Assembly: GCA_963693365.1 (NCBI GenBank)
Contig: CAVNZM010000001.1
Span: 9,936,907 to 10,000,906 of the forward strand
Direction: 5' to 3'
DNA length: 64,000 bases
Origin: Amoebidium appalachense
Taxonomy: Eukaryota > Protista > Ichthyosporea
The position numbers and the translations under genes were made by a program. Numbering within the stretch: the stretch's first letter is position 1; every line of letters begins with the position of its first letter. Under the pieces are notes generated by a model. It was not told the origin of the DNA. It saw nothing but the letters and a program-made list of their open reading frames with translations, and searched no databases. Below are positions 21,748-36,314 of this stretch, piece by piece.

Positions 21748-23069
21748 GGAAGGGGGGGGAGAAGGGGGGGGGAGGGGGGGGTCCCATTCTAGACCGTACA
21801 TTTGCCCGTTTTTGGGAGGAAGGGGGGGGGGGGGGGGGGGGGGGGAAGAGAGGTCGGGGGGGCAGGGGAGGGGGGGGGGGGAGGGGGGGGGAGAGAAAGG
21901 AAGGGATGGAGAGAGAGGAGGTTCCATTAACTTGAACTTAGTGGCATGATTGCATTGTTTTTGGGTGTTTTTGTGCACTGTGCATGCGCAGGCTTGGAGG
22001 TGCACTCTGTCTTGGCAGGTTGAAAACGACAGCATTTCTTCCCTAGGGGTGCTGGGATTTTATTTTTGGGGGGGAGGGGGGGGAGGGGGGGAGGGCGGGG
22101 GGGGAGGGGAGGCGGGGGGCGGGGGGGGCGGGAGGGGCCGGGAGAGGCAGCAGGGGAGGGGAGGGGAGAGGGGAGAGGGGGGAGGGGAGGGGGGGGAGGA
22201 GTAGGAAGGGGGGGGGGGGGGGGGGGGGGGGGAGGGGGGAGGGGGCGGAGGGTACTAGGATACGGAAAAACACACACAATCTCCCCTGTGAAACCCAATG
22301 CATCCAACCACCCGGCCCCTCGCTGCACTTATTCAGTGAGCCCAAATTCCTTCCAGGCTATATATAAGCATACTTGATTAACGCGACGATCTCCCGTAAT
22401 ATCGTACAACGTATGGGTATTATAATTAATCAGGCTCCATATGATGACTAATTACATCACCATGGCCCTTAGGCTGTTACATGCATGCGCTTCAGCTGCA
22501 GCATACATACAGCAGCGAAATGGCTTTTCTGAGTGGGAGAACTTTTGTAGCGATGTTAATCACCTGCAAAAAAGTACTGTTTTTCCTGTATGACTTTTAT
22601 AGTAGTATTCTTTTGTAGAAATAATGGTTACAAAACTAACCCTTTTATGGTAAGCCACCTGCCACAAGAATGTGCGTAAAAAAATGGCTAATTTTGGGGT
22701 AACACCTGCTATTATGCTGCCTACAGCATGCCTAGCCCTCAGTCAGCCAATAAGAATCTGTCTTGCCAGGCTGAGTGGCCGGAAATAAACCCCTTGCTGT
22801 TTGGGTTGGAAATAGGTGCTATTTCAATCCTGGTATGGGTATACTCCCATTGTGGGTGATCTCCGAAGCTGGTACGTGGCTGGGGTGCTACGTATACGTG
22901 ATGGTGGTTGTGTGTTAGGGTGTGTGTATGTGTGTGTGTGTGGAAAAGGGGGGGAAGGGGGGGGGGGGGGGGGGGGGGGGGGTTGCCCCTTGGTGGGTGT
23001 GTGGGTGTGTGTCGGAGAGGGTGGGGGGGTGGCTGTGTGCACGTGTCACGGTGTGTGTGGTGGTGGTGG

Positions 23070-23114
<45 letters not shown>

Positions 23115-23166
23115 GGGTGGGTGGGGGGGTGCCACTGGGTGGGTGTGTGGGTCTGTGTGTGTTTGT

Positions 23167-23197
<31 letters not shown>

Positions 23198-23431
23198 GCA
23201 CGTGTGTGTGCGTGTGTGTGTGGGTGGGTGGGTGGGTGAATGTGCGGGTGTATATGGGTGTGTGAATGTGTGGGTGTGACATGGTGTGTGCGCACGTGCG
23301 TGTGTGTGTGTCTCTGTGTGTGTGTGTGTGTGTGGGTGTGTGCATGTGCGTGTGCGTGTCAGAGGGGGGGAGGGGGGGGGTCCGGTTGTGTGGGTGTGTG
23401 GGTGTATGCATGTGTGTGTGTGGGTGCGAGC

Positions 23432-23462
<31 letters not shown>

Positions 23463-23928
23463 GGTGTATGGGGGTGTGTGTGCATGTGTGCGCGCTAGTA
23501 AAGGCCATATAGCGCACGTGTGCGTGCGTGATGGGATTGAGAGTGTGTCTTTGTGTGTGTCAATGTGTGTTTGTGTATCTGTTTAATTCATCGTTGAGTC
23601 TGAGATGTTTGTTCTTATGTGTGTATGCCATGTGTGTGCATCCATGCCATGGCCATGCATGTGTGCCATAGTAAAATGCACATTTTTCATTCCTCTAGTG
23701 TATTGATACCTGCTGCGATAAGTGAGAGAGTACACATACATCCCCCTAGCGAGGGTCTAAATAAACCCCCCTCCTCTCCTCCCCGTCCCAAACACCCACA
23801 AACACCCACACATACACACTCGCATGCGCACACACACACACATACGCTTACGCACGCGCGCGCGCGCGCCTGCACACACACACACACACACACATGCGCA
23901 CACACACACAAACGCGCACGCGCGCTCA

Positions 23929-24012
<84 letters not shown>

Positions 24013-24501
24013 AAACATAAAGAGCACCTGCACTGTGGAGAGCTTGATGTATCAGTAAGTGTGAGGGGCTGTTCACTACTTACTTTGCGCGGGGCTCACC
24101 AACAACACCATGGGTGACGTCAAGGGTGGTTTTCCCGCATTCTTATCTGATCTATTTGTTGGCCATTGGTTTATGTTCAGGCGGGGGGCCGGGATAAAAA
24201 GAAAAGGCAGTGTGCGTGTGTGTGTGTGTGAGGAGGGCGGGAGGAGGGTGGGGGAGGGGGGGGGGGGAGAGGGGAGGAGAAAGGAAGAGAAGAAGGAGGA
24301 CAGGGAGGTGGGGAACGGGGGGGGGGGGGGGGGGGGGAAGGGAGGGAGGGACTCGCCATTTATTTAGTATAGCTTTGCGGGAAATGCTAAAACAGGACAC
24401 CGTGTGTGTGCTTGTGCAAACGGTTCGTGCAGGACCTATATAGTGTGTGTGCAGAATTGGGCCGTTTTTGTGTGAGTGGTGTGTGCATCTGTACCGTTAT
24501 G

Positions 24502-24502
<1 letters not shown>

Positions 24503-24598
<96 letters not shown>

Positions 24599-25108
24599 AC
24601 TGTGCGTGTTTGCATCTGTATGTGCGTGCCCGAGAGGCTGTGTGTGTGTCCATGTGTTTGTGTGTGTGTGTGTGCCAAGTTGTGCATGGCACCGTGCAGT
24701 GATGGGTGTATCAAGTTGTTGTTCACGTGTTTGAATATATGCATTTGTCTTGACTGGATACACAGATGTACATGTATGATACTGTGTGTGTGTGTATGTG
24801 TGTGAACGTGTGTGTGTGTGATTTGCATGAGTGCGCGTGTGCAGTAGGTTGTCGATGTGTGCATGTGTGCCTTTGTACGCGCACGTGTGTGTGTGCGTGT
24901 TCCTCTCCGTTTGACAAGCATGTGTGCACTTGTCCGTGTATGTGAATGAGTGTGTGTGTGTGTGTAAAGGTACAGAATGATTAGACGTGCGAATGTGCAC
25001 GTGTGGGTGGTGTGTATGTACACACTGTGTGTGTGTGTGTGTGTGTTTGTGTGTGTGTGCGTGCGTGTGTGCGTGCGTGTGTGTGTGTGTGTGTTTGTGC
25101 GTGTGTGC

Positions 25109-25148
<40 letters not shown>

Positions 25149-25705
25149 GTGCGTGTATGTGCGTGTGTGTGTGTGTGTGCGGTGTGTGTGTGTGTGTTTG
25201 TGTGTGTGTGCGTGTCTGTGTGTATGTGTTTGTGTGTGTGTGTGTGTGCGTGTGTGTGTGTGTGCGTGTGCGTGTGTGCGCGTGTGTGTTTGTGTGCGTG
25301 TGTGTGTGTGTGTGTGTTTGTGTGTGTGTGCGTGTGTGTGTGTGTGTGTGTGCGTGCGTGTGTGTGTGTGTGTGTGTGTGCGTGTGTGTGTGTGTGTGTG
25401 TTTTTGTTTGTGCGTGCGTGCTCGTGAGTGAGGGTGTGTTTGCATGAGTGCGTGTGTGCGGTAAGTTATCATTGTGTGCATGTGTGCATTTGTTTGCGCG
25501 CGCGCGCGTGTGTGTTCCTGTCTGCTTGTGCATGTGTGCATTTGTCCGTGTGTAATTGAGTTTGTGTGTGTGTGTCTTTGTGTACAGGTGTCATTGTGTG
25601 TGCGTATGTGCACGTGTGGGTGGTGTGTTGGTGTATGTGGATCATGGTGGGCATGTGGGTGTGTGTGTGTGCGTGCGTGGTGTGTGTGTGTGTGTGTGTG
25701 TGTGT
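24503..25705. repeat. Large degenerate (GT)n microsatellite field
   Basis: About 1.2 kb of pure and interrupted GT/GC dinucleotide repeats; one of many such tracts in 1-53,000. Confidence 0.9.
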
Positions 25706-25937
25706 TTGGCGACAATGTAGAACTTCCCAAATCGCCAGGAACACCACGTTGTTGGACATGAGATTTATTACATCCGTCCTAAGTAAGCGCTTCCTTGGCG
25801 CCAAACTTCGTCTTACTCGGTTATTCGCTGTACATACATGCTACAGATTGCAACAACTGCCACGGTACTGTATATTTATACAATTTTTTAAGAGCTATTG
25901 ATTGTTAGCGGGGCAAAAAAAAAAAAATTTTGCGCAT

Positions 25938-27569
25938 TCAGTGGACCAGCTCCTTTGTGATCTCGGTGATACCGAAGCGCATCTTGCTATGCCACAAGCC
26001 ATAGGAGAAGTAAACAATCAGACCGACGGCCAGCCAAACAAGGAATCGGTAGAGGGTCTCCACACCGGTCGAGGACATCAGCCAGATGCACATGGCCATG
26101 GACAGCACGGGCACAATGGGGAACTCGTAGCGCACTCCATTGCGGTTGATTGGGATGTTGCCAAACACCCGGAAAAGACGCTGGGCATCGGGCTGGGTGA
26201 AGCGCAGAACAATGACGCCGAGGGACACGAGCACAAAGGCAAACAGAGTGCCGATGGAAGACATATCGGCAAGCACGTCAATGGGGAGCACGGCGCTGGC
26301 AACGGCGATGAACACGCCGCTGATGATTGTGGTGACGTGGGGCGTGCCGAAGCGAGGGTGGATCTTGGCGCAGACCTCAGGCAGCAGTCCGTCCTTGGCC
26401 ATGGAGTAGAAGATGCGGGGCTGGCCCATCTGCATGACCAGCAGCACGGACGTAAGACCACACATGGCCGCCAGCGTGACGTAGATCACAAGCCCCTTTC
26501 CGCCGATAGCGTCAGCAACAAGAGCCATGGGGGAGGCAGATTTGGCAAACTCGGTGTAGCTGATGACCCCCACAAGCACGGTGGACATGAGGATGTACAG
26601 CACCGTGCAGATGCCCAGGGAGCCGAGCACACCGATGGGGAGATCGCGCTGGGGCACCTTGGCCTCCTGCGCCATGCAGGTGACAGCATCAAAGCCGATG
26701 TAGGCAAAGAACACAACCACAGCCGCACGCATCACACCGGCAAAGCCATACACGTCGCCGCCTTCGTTGGGGGGCATGAAGGGTGTGTAGTTGTCGGGGT
26801 CGACCTTGGTGAAGCCCCAGATGATGACCGTGAGCACGGCCGAGCCCTTGATGGCCACGATGATGTGGTTCATCCATGCAGACTCCTTGATGCCCACCAC
26901 CAGCACAATCGTCACAATCGTGCAGATCATCGCCGCGGGGAGATCGACGTAGTTGCCAGTGGTGACAAATGAGCTTGCCTTGGCATCCCACGTGATGGGT
27001 GCAGAGCAGAAGCGGTGGTCGAAAGTAACTCCGAATGCGGCCTTGAAGAACTTGGAGAAGTAGGCCGACCAGCCCACAGCCACGGCGGCAGAGCCAATCA
27101 TGTACTCGAGAAGAAGCGTCCAGCCAATGACCCAAGCCACCAGCTCACCGAGTGTTGCGTAGGCAAAGGTGTACGCGCTGCCGGAGATCGGGATCATGGT
27201 GGCCATCTCGGTGTAGCACAGACCAGCCAGGGCAGAGGCAATGCCGCCGATCAGGAAGGAAATCACCACGGCAGGGCCAGCATACTTGCCGGCAGCCACA
27301 CCGGCCAGCACGAAGATACCCGTGCCGATGATGGCGCCAATACCGATGAGCATCAGGTCGATCCCGCTCAGCACACGCTTAAGGCCACTGTCAGCCTGCG
27401 ACTCGGCCACAAGTCCAGCAAAGGACTTTGTGCACCACAGCTGCTGCCACTTGCTCATGACCGGCTCAGAGGACCCCACAGGCACGCTGGAGCCATTGTT
27501 GTTGTAGTCGATGTCCGTGACGCCGGCATCCACGTTGGGCGCTCCATCCCACTTCTTCTGGTCGGCCAT
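25938..27569 (-). CDS. APC-superfamily amino acid permease (CAT/YfnA-like), intronless, ~543 aa
   Basis: Probable ATG at 27569 (MADQKK). Motifs LKRVL..DL..IGIGAIIGTGIF, AGPAVVISF, CYTEMATMIPISGSAYTF, GW.LLLEY, FFAYIGFD, QPRIFYSMAKDGLLP, RFLVWL.VGL.VYF.YG; many hydrophobic segments and strong GC3 bias. Confidence 0.94.
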   Translation of the reverse strand: MADQKKWDGAPNVDAGVTDIDYNNNGSSVPVGSSEPVMSKWQQLWCTKSFAGLVAESQADSGLKRVLSGIDLMLIGIGAIIGTGIFVLAGVAAGKYAGPAVVISFLIGGIASALAGLCYTEMATMIPISGSAYTFAYATLGELVAWVIGWTLLLEYMIGSAAVAVGWSAYFSKFFKAAFGVTFDHRFCSAPITWDAKASSFVTTGNYVDLPAAMICTIVTIVLVVGIKESAWMNHIIVAIKGSAVLTVIIWGFTKVDPDNYTPFMPPNEGGDVYGFAGVMRAAVVVFFAYIGFDAVTCMAQEAKVPQRDLPIGVLGSLGICTVLYILMSTVLVGVISYTEFAKSASPMALVADAIGGKGLVIYVTLAAMCGLTSVLLVMQMGQPRIFYSMAKDGLLPEVCAKIHPRFGTPHVTTIISGVFIAVASAVLPIDVLADMSSIGTLFAFVLVSLGVIVLRFTQPDAQRLFRVFGNIPINRNGVRYEFPIVPVLSMAMCIWLMSSTGVETLYRFLVWLAVGLIVYFSYGLWHSKMRFGITEITKELVH

Positions 27570-28964
27570 TTTAGTTGGCAGGCTACTATACAACGGGAGG
27601 TTGCAGGTGCGTTGGAGAACAAGGGTAGTCTGACTGGTAGTCTGCAGATGCCCCAACGCAGAAGCGAACTGAACTGAAGGTTTTTGAGCCGCAACCGCAA
27701 TTTATACTTTTTGTCTGGCCATAAGCGGCCACATCGGCCAGGCACTGGTCATGGCAGAGCTGCGTATGATTATTCACCAATTATATTTGGTAAAGCCATG
27801 AGAGTCTGCGAACTCGAACCTACTGTAAGTCTGTAACGCGGTGGGAAAACTGTTTGTTTTATGCGTTCAACATTGCTAAACGGAATTAGAAGGATATGAA
27901 AATGAGTTAGCTTCTCCCTGTTTCAGTCCCTACAATTTTTTTTTTTGGCCGAGTTAATTCGAATTATTCTCAGCGAATCTCAAGATCCGTGATCATCCAT
28001 CTCATATGCATGATATATGTCACATGTTGGGAATGAATCCTGCTTGAACTTGAATTCAAAGACCTCACTCAAGAACGTTGATTTTTTTAGAGCATTTTTA
28101 AGCCACTACAAACAATAAGTAGTCACTAAGTTGCCACGGAATCCACTCAGATATCATGATTTCTAGCCTTTGCCCAGTATGCCACTTTGCGAAGGTCCCC
28201 CCAAACCGCATAGGAATTTATGCGCGTATACGTATACGTATGAGCAAAATACATATAGGATACGCATATATATATGTATACGTATATGCATATATATGTA
28301 TATAAATATATAAGATCTCTGTCACAAAAAACATAAGTATGATCGTTTCATCAAATTTTTAGTGCGCAGCCCCCGCGAGTGAATTTGAGTTTGAGAACGT
28401 TTGTAATGGCCTGTGCATGCATATGTGAAGACGTCGACGTCACATGATCATGTGATGATTCATTGAATCATGAATATCATCTCCTCCGTATCCGAGAATA
28501 AGGTTTTTATTTTCTTCTCTGATATCTGTGATATCTTGATTGCTTCTCTTTTTGGCATCTCAATAAAGTCTTTAAAAAAATGAATGTCACTGTCACTGTG
28601 CATGATTGATGTACTGCGGCCTCGAGTCTTGGGTGATGCCAGATACCTGTGCAAGGAGTGCTTACCTATTGGACAAGAATGCCTCACCAATCAAAGAGCT
28701 TTTCCAGCGATTTAAGAAACTCCGATTGGCGTATACTGTGTGCCAATCGGAATTCGGACACTCCCAAACTCCAATCGGAAATCAGTGTGAATTTTCCAAA
28801 TTGCCGGTGAAGATACAGCGGCTGACTGTATCGGATCCGCTAGCGGCGCGCGGGCCCCGGGCGGCGGCCCTGCCCGAGCCCCCGGCCCATGGCCCAGGCA
28901 GTGCAGGCACTGGCAGGCACGCTGCATGCGGGCCCATTGCAGACACGCATGTACACGCACGCAC

Positions 28965-29054
<90 letters not shown>

Positions 29055-30100
29055 GAACACACGCACACGCGCACAAACGCACACACGCACGCACAAACGC
29101 ACACACACACGCACACGCACACATGCAGTACACACACACGTCGCACACACACGCACACACACACACACGCACACACACAAGCAGGTACACAAACAAGCAC
29201 ACAGTACCGTCCCAAATCCCCTCTCGCCCCTTCCCCCCACACACACACGTGTCACACACACATAAGCAAGCACACACAGAAACGCACCCGCAAACACACG
29301 CACAACACACACACACACACAGACACGCGCATAGACACACACCACCACCACCACCACCACCACCACCACCACCCCCACCCCCACCCCAAACGCACCGTGA
29401 CACACGCTTTTGTGTGCATGTGCCACGGTTTATGTTCAATTTCAATAATAATTATTATTGATGCCACGGTATGTTGCCGAGGTAATATTAGTATCATGTG
29501 TGACACATGATGGGTGGTTTAATGCATGTGGGTCTCGATGGGGTCGCCCGTGTGTTTGTGTCAGTGTGGCCTGGAACCCTGTACGTATGCGAGAGTGTGT
29601 GAGTACATGCATGCGTCACGGTATCATGTGTTGTGTGTTACCACCGACGGGGAAGTTGTCTGTTCACTACAGTAAATTTGTGGGACGAGCACGACCGTGA
29701 CATGCACAGTGCACACGTGTACATGTATCATAAATAATAACTGGAGCACACTATGGCACCCACCCACACACAAACAAGCAGGCAACGCAAATTTTCAAAC
29801 CACACACCCAAATAAACAGGCACACGGACACACACAATGTCATAGCACTGACATTCATAGCCACCTGCCCACCGCCCACACAAAACAGGCAAAAACCGCA
29901 CCACAGAGTCCACACCACACATTTATGCCTGTGTGATCACGCACGCGCTTGCGGATCATCGGGCGCGCAACACACACACAATCACACACATGCACGCGCA
30001 CACACACTCGCACACGCACACACACGAAGTCGTACACACACACGGTGACACACACACACACACCCACACACAAACACACACACACACACACATGTACACA

Positions 30101-30193
<93 letters not shown>

Positions 30194-30244
30194 ACAGACG
30201 CACACGCACACACACACGTGCACACACACACAACACACACACAC

Positions 30245-30373
<129 letters not shown>

Positions 30374-30713
30374 CATCACTGGACGAAGGCTAGCTGCCTT
30401 GATATGATCTTTAGTACCTACATCACTTGAGTATTACAAGCAGGGGCGGAGGGGAGGGGGGGGGGCCGGGGGGAAGGGGCAGAAGGGGAGGGGGGGGGGG
30501 GGTAAGGGAGGGGGCCTGCACACCCAAGACCATCCACCTGCGCACACACCCACTCACCCCCCAATCCACGGTTTCAGTCCGAATGATTTGATTTAAACTA
30601 TCCCCCCTCCCCCCTTCTCATCCCCCCTTCCCCTTCTTATTCCCCCCCCCCCCCCCCCCCCCCCATGGGGGGTGGAAGGTTTTAGCCACAACCTTCAGGC
30701 CCTGCGCACCTCT

Positions 30714-30800
30714 CTAGCACCCTAACTAGGACACAGTCGGTGCTGTGTGGAAGGTAGTTCCATGAGGGCCCCCGGGGGGGTCCCTGCGGGAACAAAACGG
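30714..30800 (+). repeat. Dispersed repeat family B, copy 2
   Basis: Similar to 20603-20670 and ends in GGAACAAAAC. Confidence 0.5.
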
Positions 30801-30879
30801 AATAAAAAAAGGCGGAGGAAAAAAAACATAGGCCCTGAGCATTCGATTCCGCATGGCATTCAATGTGTTGCTACACAAT

Positions 30880-31185
30880 CCGGACCTTATTAGTGCACGT
30901 TATGAGGCATGCCTGAACCCGGTCTCTGTTGAAAATTCGATCATAGTAATTCAATTAGGTTCCACAATTACACCACAAACGAAGCGGAGCAGTGCCTCAT
31001 GCAAGCTGAATCACCATGGGCTGGGCAACCACCCCAATCAATCGATGGATTGACTAGACTGCCTTCGATGAAAATCATTCGTTTCGCAAACGGATGAGTG
31101 GCACAATCGCACCTAAACGGTGTTGATCATTGGTCGTCCACAATATTGCAGACTTCACGCCAACGCACCAACCACACAGGCTGAG
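30880..31185 (+). pseudogene. Degenerate relic homologous to 34970-35270 (probable decayed TE or gene fragment)
   Basis: Collinear shared blocks GCATGCCTGAA, CTGGGC.ACCA.CCCAA, CTGCCTTCGATG and CATTGGTCGTCCACAAT; stops and frameshifts in both copies. Confidence 0.5.
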
Positions 31186-33192
31186 ATATGCCCCCCCCCC
31201 CCCCCCCCCCCCCCCTCAAACACCTCTGTGACTCCGCCGCTCCTATTTCCCTGGAGTCCTCCCCCTCCCCCTCCCCCCCCCCCCCCTCCCCCCTCCCCCC
31301 CCCCCGCCAACTCCTCCCCCCTATCTCCCCCCCCTTCCCGGGCCCCCCTAGAGCCCCGCCCCCCCCTGGCTTTCCCATCCAGGCCCTACCTTCCCCAACC
31401 TTTGCCCCGAATCTCCGAATGACCCCCCTCCCCCTCCCCCCCCTCCCCCCCCCCTCCCCCCTTCCCCCAAACCCCCCTCCCTCCCCCTCCCCCAAACAAC
31501 CCCCCCCCCCCCCCCCGCCGCCCCACCGGGGGCGGAAAAGAACGCATAAACACACACACTCTGTCACTTACAAACCTTGAGTGCCACGTGCGTAATAACG
31601 GACAATCCTGCCATTCATGCTCGGTGCGCATTTTTTGTCTATTGTGTGTGTGCGAGCAGAGATTTTAGCAGCCATACGGTGTGTGTGTGTGTGTGTGCGT
31701 GCGTGCTATGTGGTCACTAGGTGTGTGCACCCACACACGATTCACTGTTTGTGTTCTCTCACAGTGTGTGTGTGTGTGTGTGTGTGTGCACATGTGTGCC
31801 TGCTCCTTTATTTTGGTGCTTGTTTTCAAAGTTTCCAAAGTTCTCTCTGATAATGGTGGTAGACGTTGTAAGGTGAGGAGAGGCACAAACGAGAGCACAC
31901 TTTCTTCCTTTTTTTTTGTTGGGGGAGGGGGAGGTGGGGGGGGGGGGGGGGGGGGAGGGGGGGGGGGGGGGAGGGGGAAGGGGGCGGGGAGGGGGTCGAG
32001 GAAGGGTTGGGTTGTGTGTGTGTGTGTGTGTGTGTATGTGTGTGTGTGTGTTGGTGGAGGGGAGGGGAGAGGGAAGAGATGGTTCAGTGCAGTTCTGAAT
32101 TGTGAATAAAGTTTGCTGGTCGGGTGACATGACTTCAGCTAATAATATGGGCAGTGGCTACGATCGCAAACCATAATGACCATTGCACCTCAAGAGTGCA
32201 TCATAGTCGGTCACATGTGTCCGATAGACACCTGAACGTATGACTGCCCAGCAGGTGTTGGGCCATGCTGTGGGAGCATTAACATGCAAGTATGTCGTTT
32301 GATTGTGGGACAGAATACACATTTCATGCACGGCTAGGGTGCCGCTATACTATGTTCACGCACGAAGACATAGCATGGAATTTCAAAGTTGACACTACAC
32401 AGAATGTGACACCGATTGTCAAATTGAACATCATGGATAGAAGTGAAATTATCAAAATATTCAAGTTCAAGTGATTATTTTTTTGGGCATTGAAGTTCAC
32501 TTATCCTCCACGGGAATGCGGGAAAACCGAATTGTACACCTGTTGACATTGTATAACCCGTCTACATTAATTTTGCATCGTTCAGTTCCATTAAGGTTCA
32601 TCCCCTGTCCTTCCCTTGCTCTCGGCCACATTTGAGTGTTGAAATATTCGTTCTTGCTCCTCTCTTCCTTCACCTATGCTGCCCTTCCTTTTCTGTCAGT
32701 GAATTTTATGTGCGACAACTATTTGTTCCTTTCCCATTCCTTCCTTCATCTCGGCATTCTTTTCCCAAATGTGTGCACGAATTTTTGACATCTTTGTTGT
32801 CCTGATTCCCTCCCTGCCCTTGTACATGTCTTCCTTCAATTTTCGATCAATGATTTTTTTCCAACGTTGTGCACCAAAGTTTTTGCGCCCTTTCCCAGCC
32901 CCTCCCCCTCCCCCCCCCTCCCCCCCCCCCCCCCCCCCCCCACCCCCCCCCACCCCCACCCCCTCCCTCTTTCCCTCGGTTAGCTTCAAAGTATCATGCA
33001 CAAATAGTTTATCATATCGCCTGAATTTGGTGCCTTTGGGGGGGGGGGGGGGGGGGGGGGGGGGGCTACCTACTATTGCCATGATGTCCTAATTTTTCGC
33101 GAGATCTAGATGCTCGCGAGATCTAGATTTGTCATTGGTGCTTTTTTTCCTCCTAGGTGCCCCCCCCCCCCCCCCCCCCCTCCCCCCCCCCC

Positions 33193-33231
<39 letters not shown>

Positions 33232-33469
33232 ACAACCAAACAACAACAACAACAACAACAACAATTGTTACAACAACAACACCAACAACAACAACAACAA
33301 CAACAACAACAGATAAGGAGGAAAAGGTGTATATCTCCCTTCTTTTCTTTCTGGAGGCTGCTAAATTAAGATGTTCAATCAGACGTTTTTAGTTTTCTTC
33401 CGCACATCTTTCCCGATCATTTTTTACAATGCATGCGTACGTGTGCATGTGTACGTACATACGTGTGAG

Positions 33470-33504
<35 letters not shown>

Positions 33505-34969
33505 TGGGGGGGGGGGGGGGGGTATGAGGGGGGGGGGGGGGGGGGGAGGGGAGGATAGTGTTCTGATTGGTGACGCATATGTTGAGCGTGAGGGTGAACG
33601 GAAGTTGGTGTGGGGTGCCCCAGAACGGAGGGAAGGGGGGTGTGGGGTGGGGGGGGGGGGGGGGGGGGGGGGTTGTTCCTTCGGGTTTCGTTGGATTTAG
33701 GAGCGTGGTTCTGCTGTCAGACGTGTGAAATATGTTTCAGCAAATGATGTGGGGCAGCGCAACCCAAGACTATGGCATCTGTGTCACTCTGGATGCAGAT
33801 GCGGCATTCCCAGGCCTACGAAATGAGTTCGTGCCAATCCATGACCGGCAGGTTCGCTTGAAGCTGCCCGACAGGTGTGGGTGTATACTCCGTGAGCCTA
33901 ACATCAAAGTTTTGGGGTTTGATTGTGGGACGAAAAACGGTCATGCACTCAGTCTATGATGGTGCTTGTTCAGCATCGGATTGAGCGATGGTATTGTTGG
34001 TTGGGGCTGTGGAATGGAAAGAAGAGGATGGAAGCTATTAGTTACATAAATAGTGAAATTCATTGCACGCGCGCAGTAGGTGTACACATTTTCGGTTTTG
34101 GAGCTTGAAAATATGGTGTTTTCCCAGGATCCTTGAGCTCAAACCGCACCAGAGGAATAGCTTGGGACCAATTATGTTCCACTAGTTTAAAGTTGAACCT
34201 AAACTGATCCGTTATCATGAAGCTGTGGACCGTCGCTAGCCTTGAAATTGGTGCGCATGTATGCGGTGAAACCCGATGTGTAAGTTAGAGGGTAGGCCAG
34301 GCTGGCCATGTCGTGTATTTACAACAAGACCTCTAGGAGCTCTGCTGTGTATAAGATACGGGGTGTTGTTTGGTTGCCAATGTTGCAAATTCGCTTGTTT
34401 TCCTTTTTTCCAGAATTCAACCGGATTTAATGGTATTCGGAACTTTAGATCATGTGCATGTTCAAATTTTGTCACGCTCACCGAGTACACTGCCCTGAGA
34501 TTTACATAGACGAATACGCGAACACTTGAAATAGTAGCCGCAGATCATGATTTTAAGAAAATTTCCATGATCAAATCTTCCCACCTTATTGGTGCAGTAA
34601 ATTCATGTGTAGAAAGGGTGTTGGGCCAACCCTCCTCCCCCCCCCCCCCTCCTCCCCCCCCCCCCCCCCCCCCGCGCCCCACCTCCCCCCCCCTTCCCCT
34701 TCCCCTCCCCCCCCCCCCCCCCCCCCCCCCCCACCCACCTTCCTCCCGCGTAAACTCAATCCCCCATTCTCCTCCATCCCCCTGCAGCTGGCCACAACCC
34801 TTCTCCCCCCCCCCCCCCCCCCCCCCCTTCCCCTCCCCCGGTCTGTGCCCCCCCTTCCCCCCCCCCCTCCCCCCCCCCGGCTCCCCAAACCCCCCCCCCC
34901 CTCCCCCCCTTCCCCCCGGGGGCACGGTCACCGTGGATGCTAAGCCACAACTGATAGGCCCTGGGTTTA

Positions 34970-35270
34970 TGCTGAACCTTGGTGCGCGATATGACGAATG
35001 CATGCCTGAAGCTGCTCTCTAATTACGTCATTGTATCACGGTTAATCCCACGATTGCATTCCAAACAACCCGGAGCAAAACCCCCGTTCCAGCTGGAACA
35101 CCTTCTGGGCGACCATCCCAAGCGATCAACCCATCGCAAATCTGCCTTCGATGCAATGTCGAGAGGCAGTTGCCCGAGTGGATCAGTGTCCACATTTGGA
35201 CGGTTTGCTCATTGGTCGTCCACAATTGTGAAGACATCACGTCACAACACTGGCCGCACAGCCTCGGCTA
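34970..35270 (+). pseudogene. Degenerate relic homologous to 30880-31185
   Basis: Same collinear blocks; the peptide remnants ARY(D/E).C and HWSSTI..TSR are readable in both copies. Confidence 0.5.
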
Positions 35271-35892
35271 TACCACCCACTCCCTCCCCCCCCTCCCTCT
35301 CTCCCCCCTCCCCCGCGGCCCCTCCTCCCCTCCTTCTCCCCCCACCCCCCCCCCCCCCCTCCCCCCTCTGACGTCCCCGGTCCCCTCTCCCCCCTCCCCC
35401 CTACCCTGCCCCTCCCTTCCCCCTTCCCAACCCCATCAGTCCATCCCCTACCTTCTCCACCGTTTACTGGATCCCCGAATGCCCCATGATGCAACCAACT
35501 CTCACTAATTATGCCATTTCAAAATTTGAAAACGTGAACACACATGTTGTCCCACACCTTAGTAACATTGTTATGGACAGCTGTGTTTCACATGTTTCAC
35601 ATGTCACTATGATGCATCAGGTTGTACGCACAATTTGGGCTTATTACATCTGAATCAGGAGAATCCTTTTCTTTAAATGCTTTTCAATACCTCCCCCCCC
35701 TCCCCACCACCACCACCATCACCACCACATCTCTGTTCTTACCCTCCCACCAGCCTGTGTGTATTGACAAGCATTTAAAGAAAAGGCGACACACACACAC
35801 ACACACACACTGCATAGTCTAATGCCACCACTGTTGGCCTTGCGAAGGTAATAATGGGAATAACTTTGGCACCACATCACAAGTCCTCAAAT

Positions 35893-35924
<32 letters not shown>

Positions 35925-36004
35925 ACCCCCCCGGGCCCTGTGTGGAAGAGAACGCATACACATACACCCTCCTTGCGCGCGCGCGCGTGTGTGTTTGTGG
36001 TGAC

Positions 36005-36047
<43 letters not shown>

Positions 36048-36183
36048 GGTGTTTGTGTGTGAGTGTATTTGTGTGTAAGAGAGTTTATTGGTGTGTGTGT
36101 ATTGTGTGTGTCGACGCCCGCGCACTTGCTTGCGTTGACACACACACTACACACGAACCAATAAACTCTCTCGCACACAAATA

Positions 36184-36314
<131 letters not shown>

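Noticed and set aside
25902-27677. Long plus-strand ORFs of 356 and 220 aa
   Set aside because: Antisense shadows of the GC3-rich permease gene.
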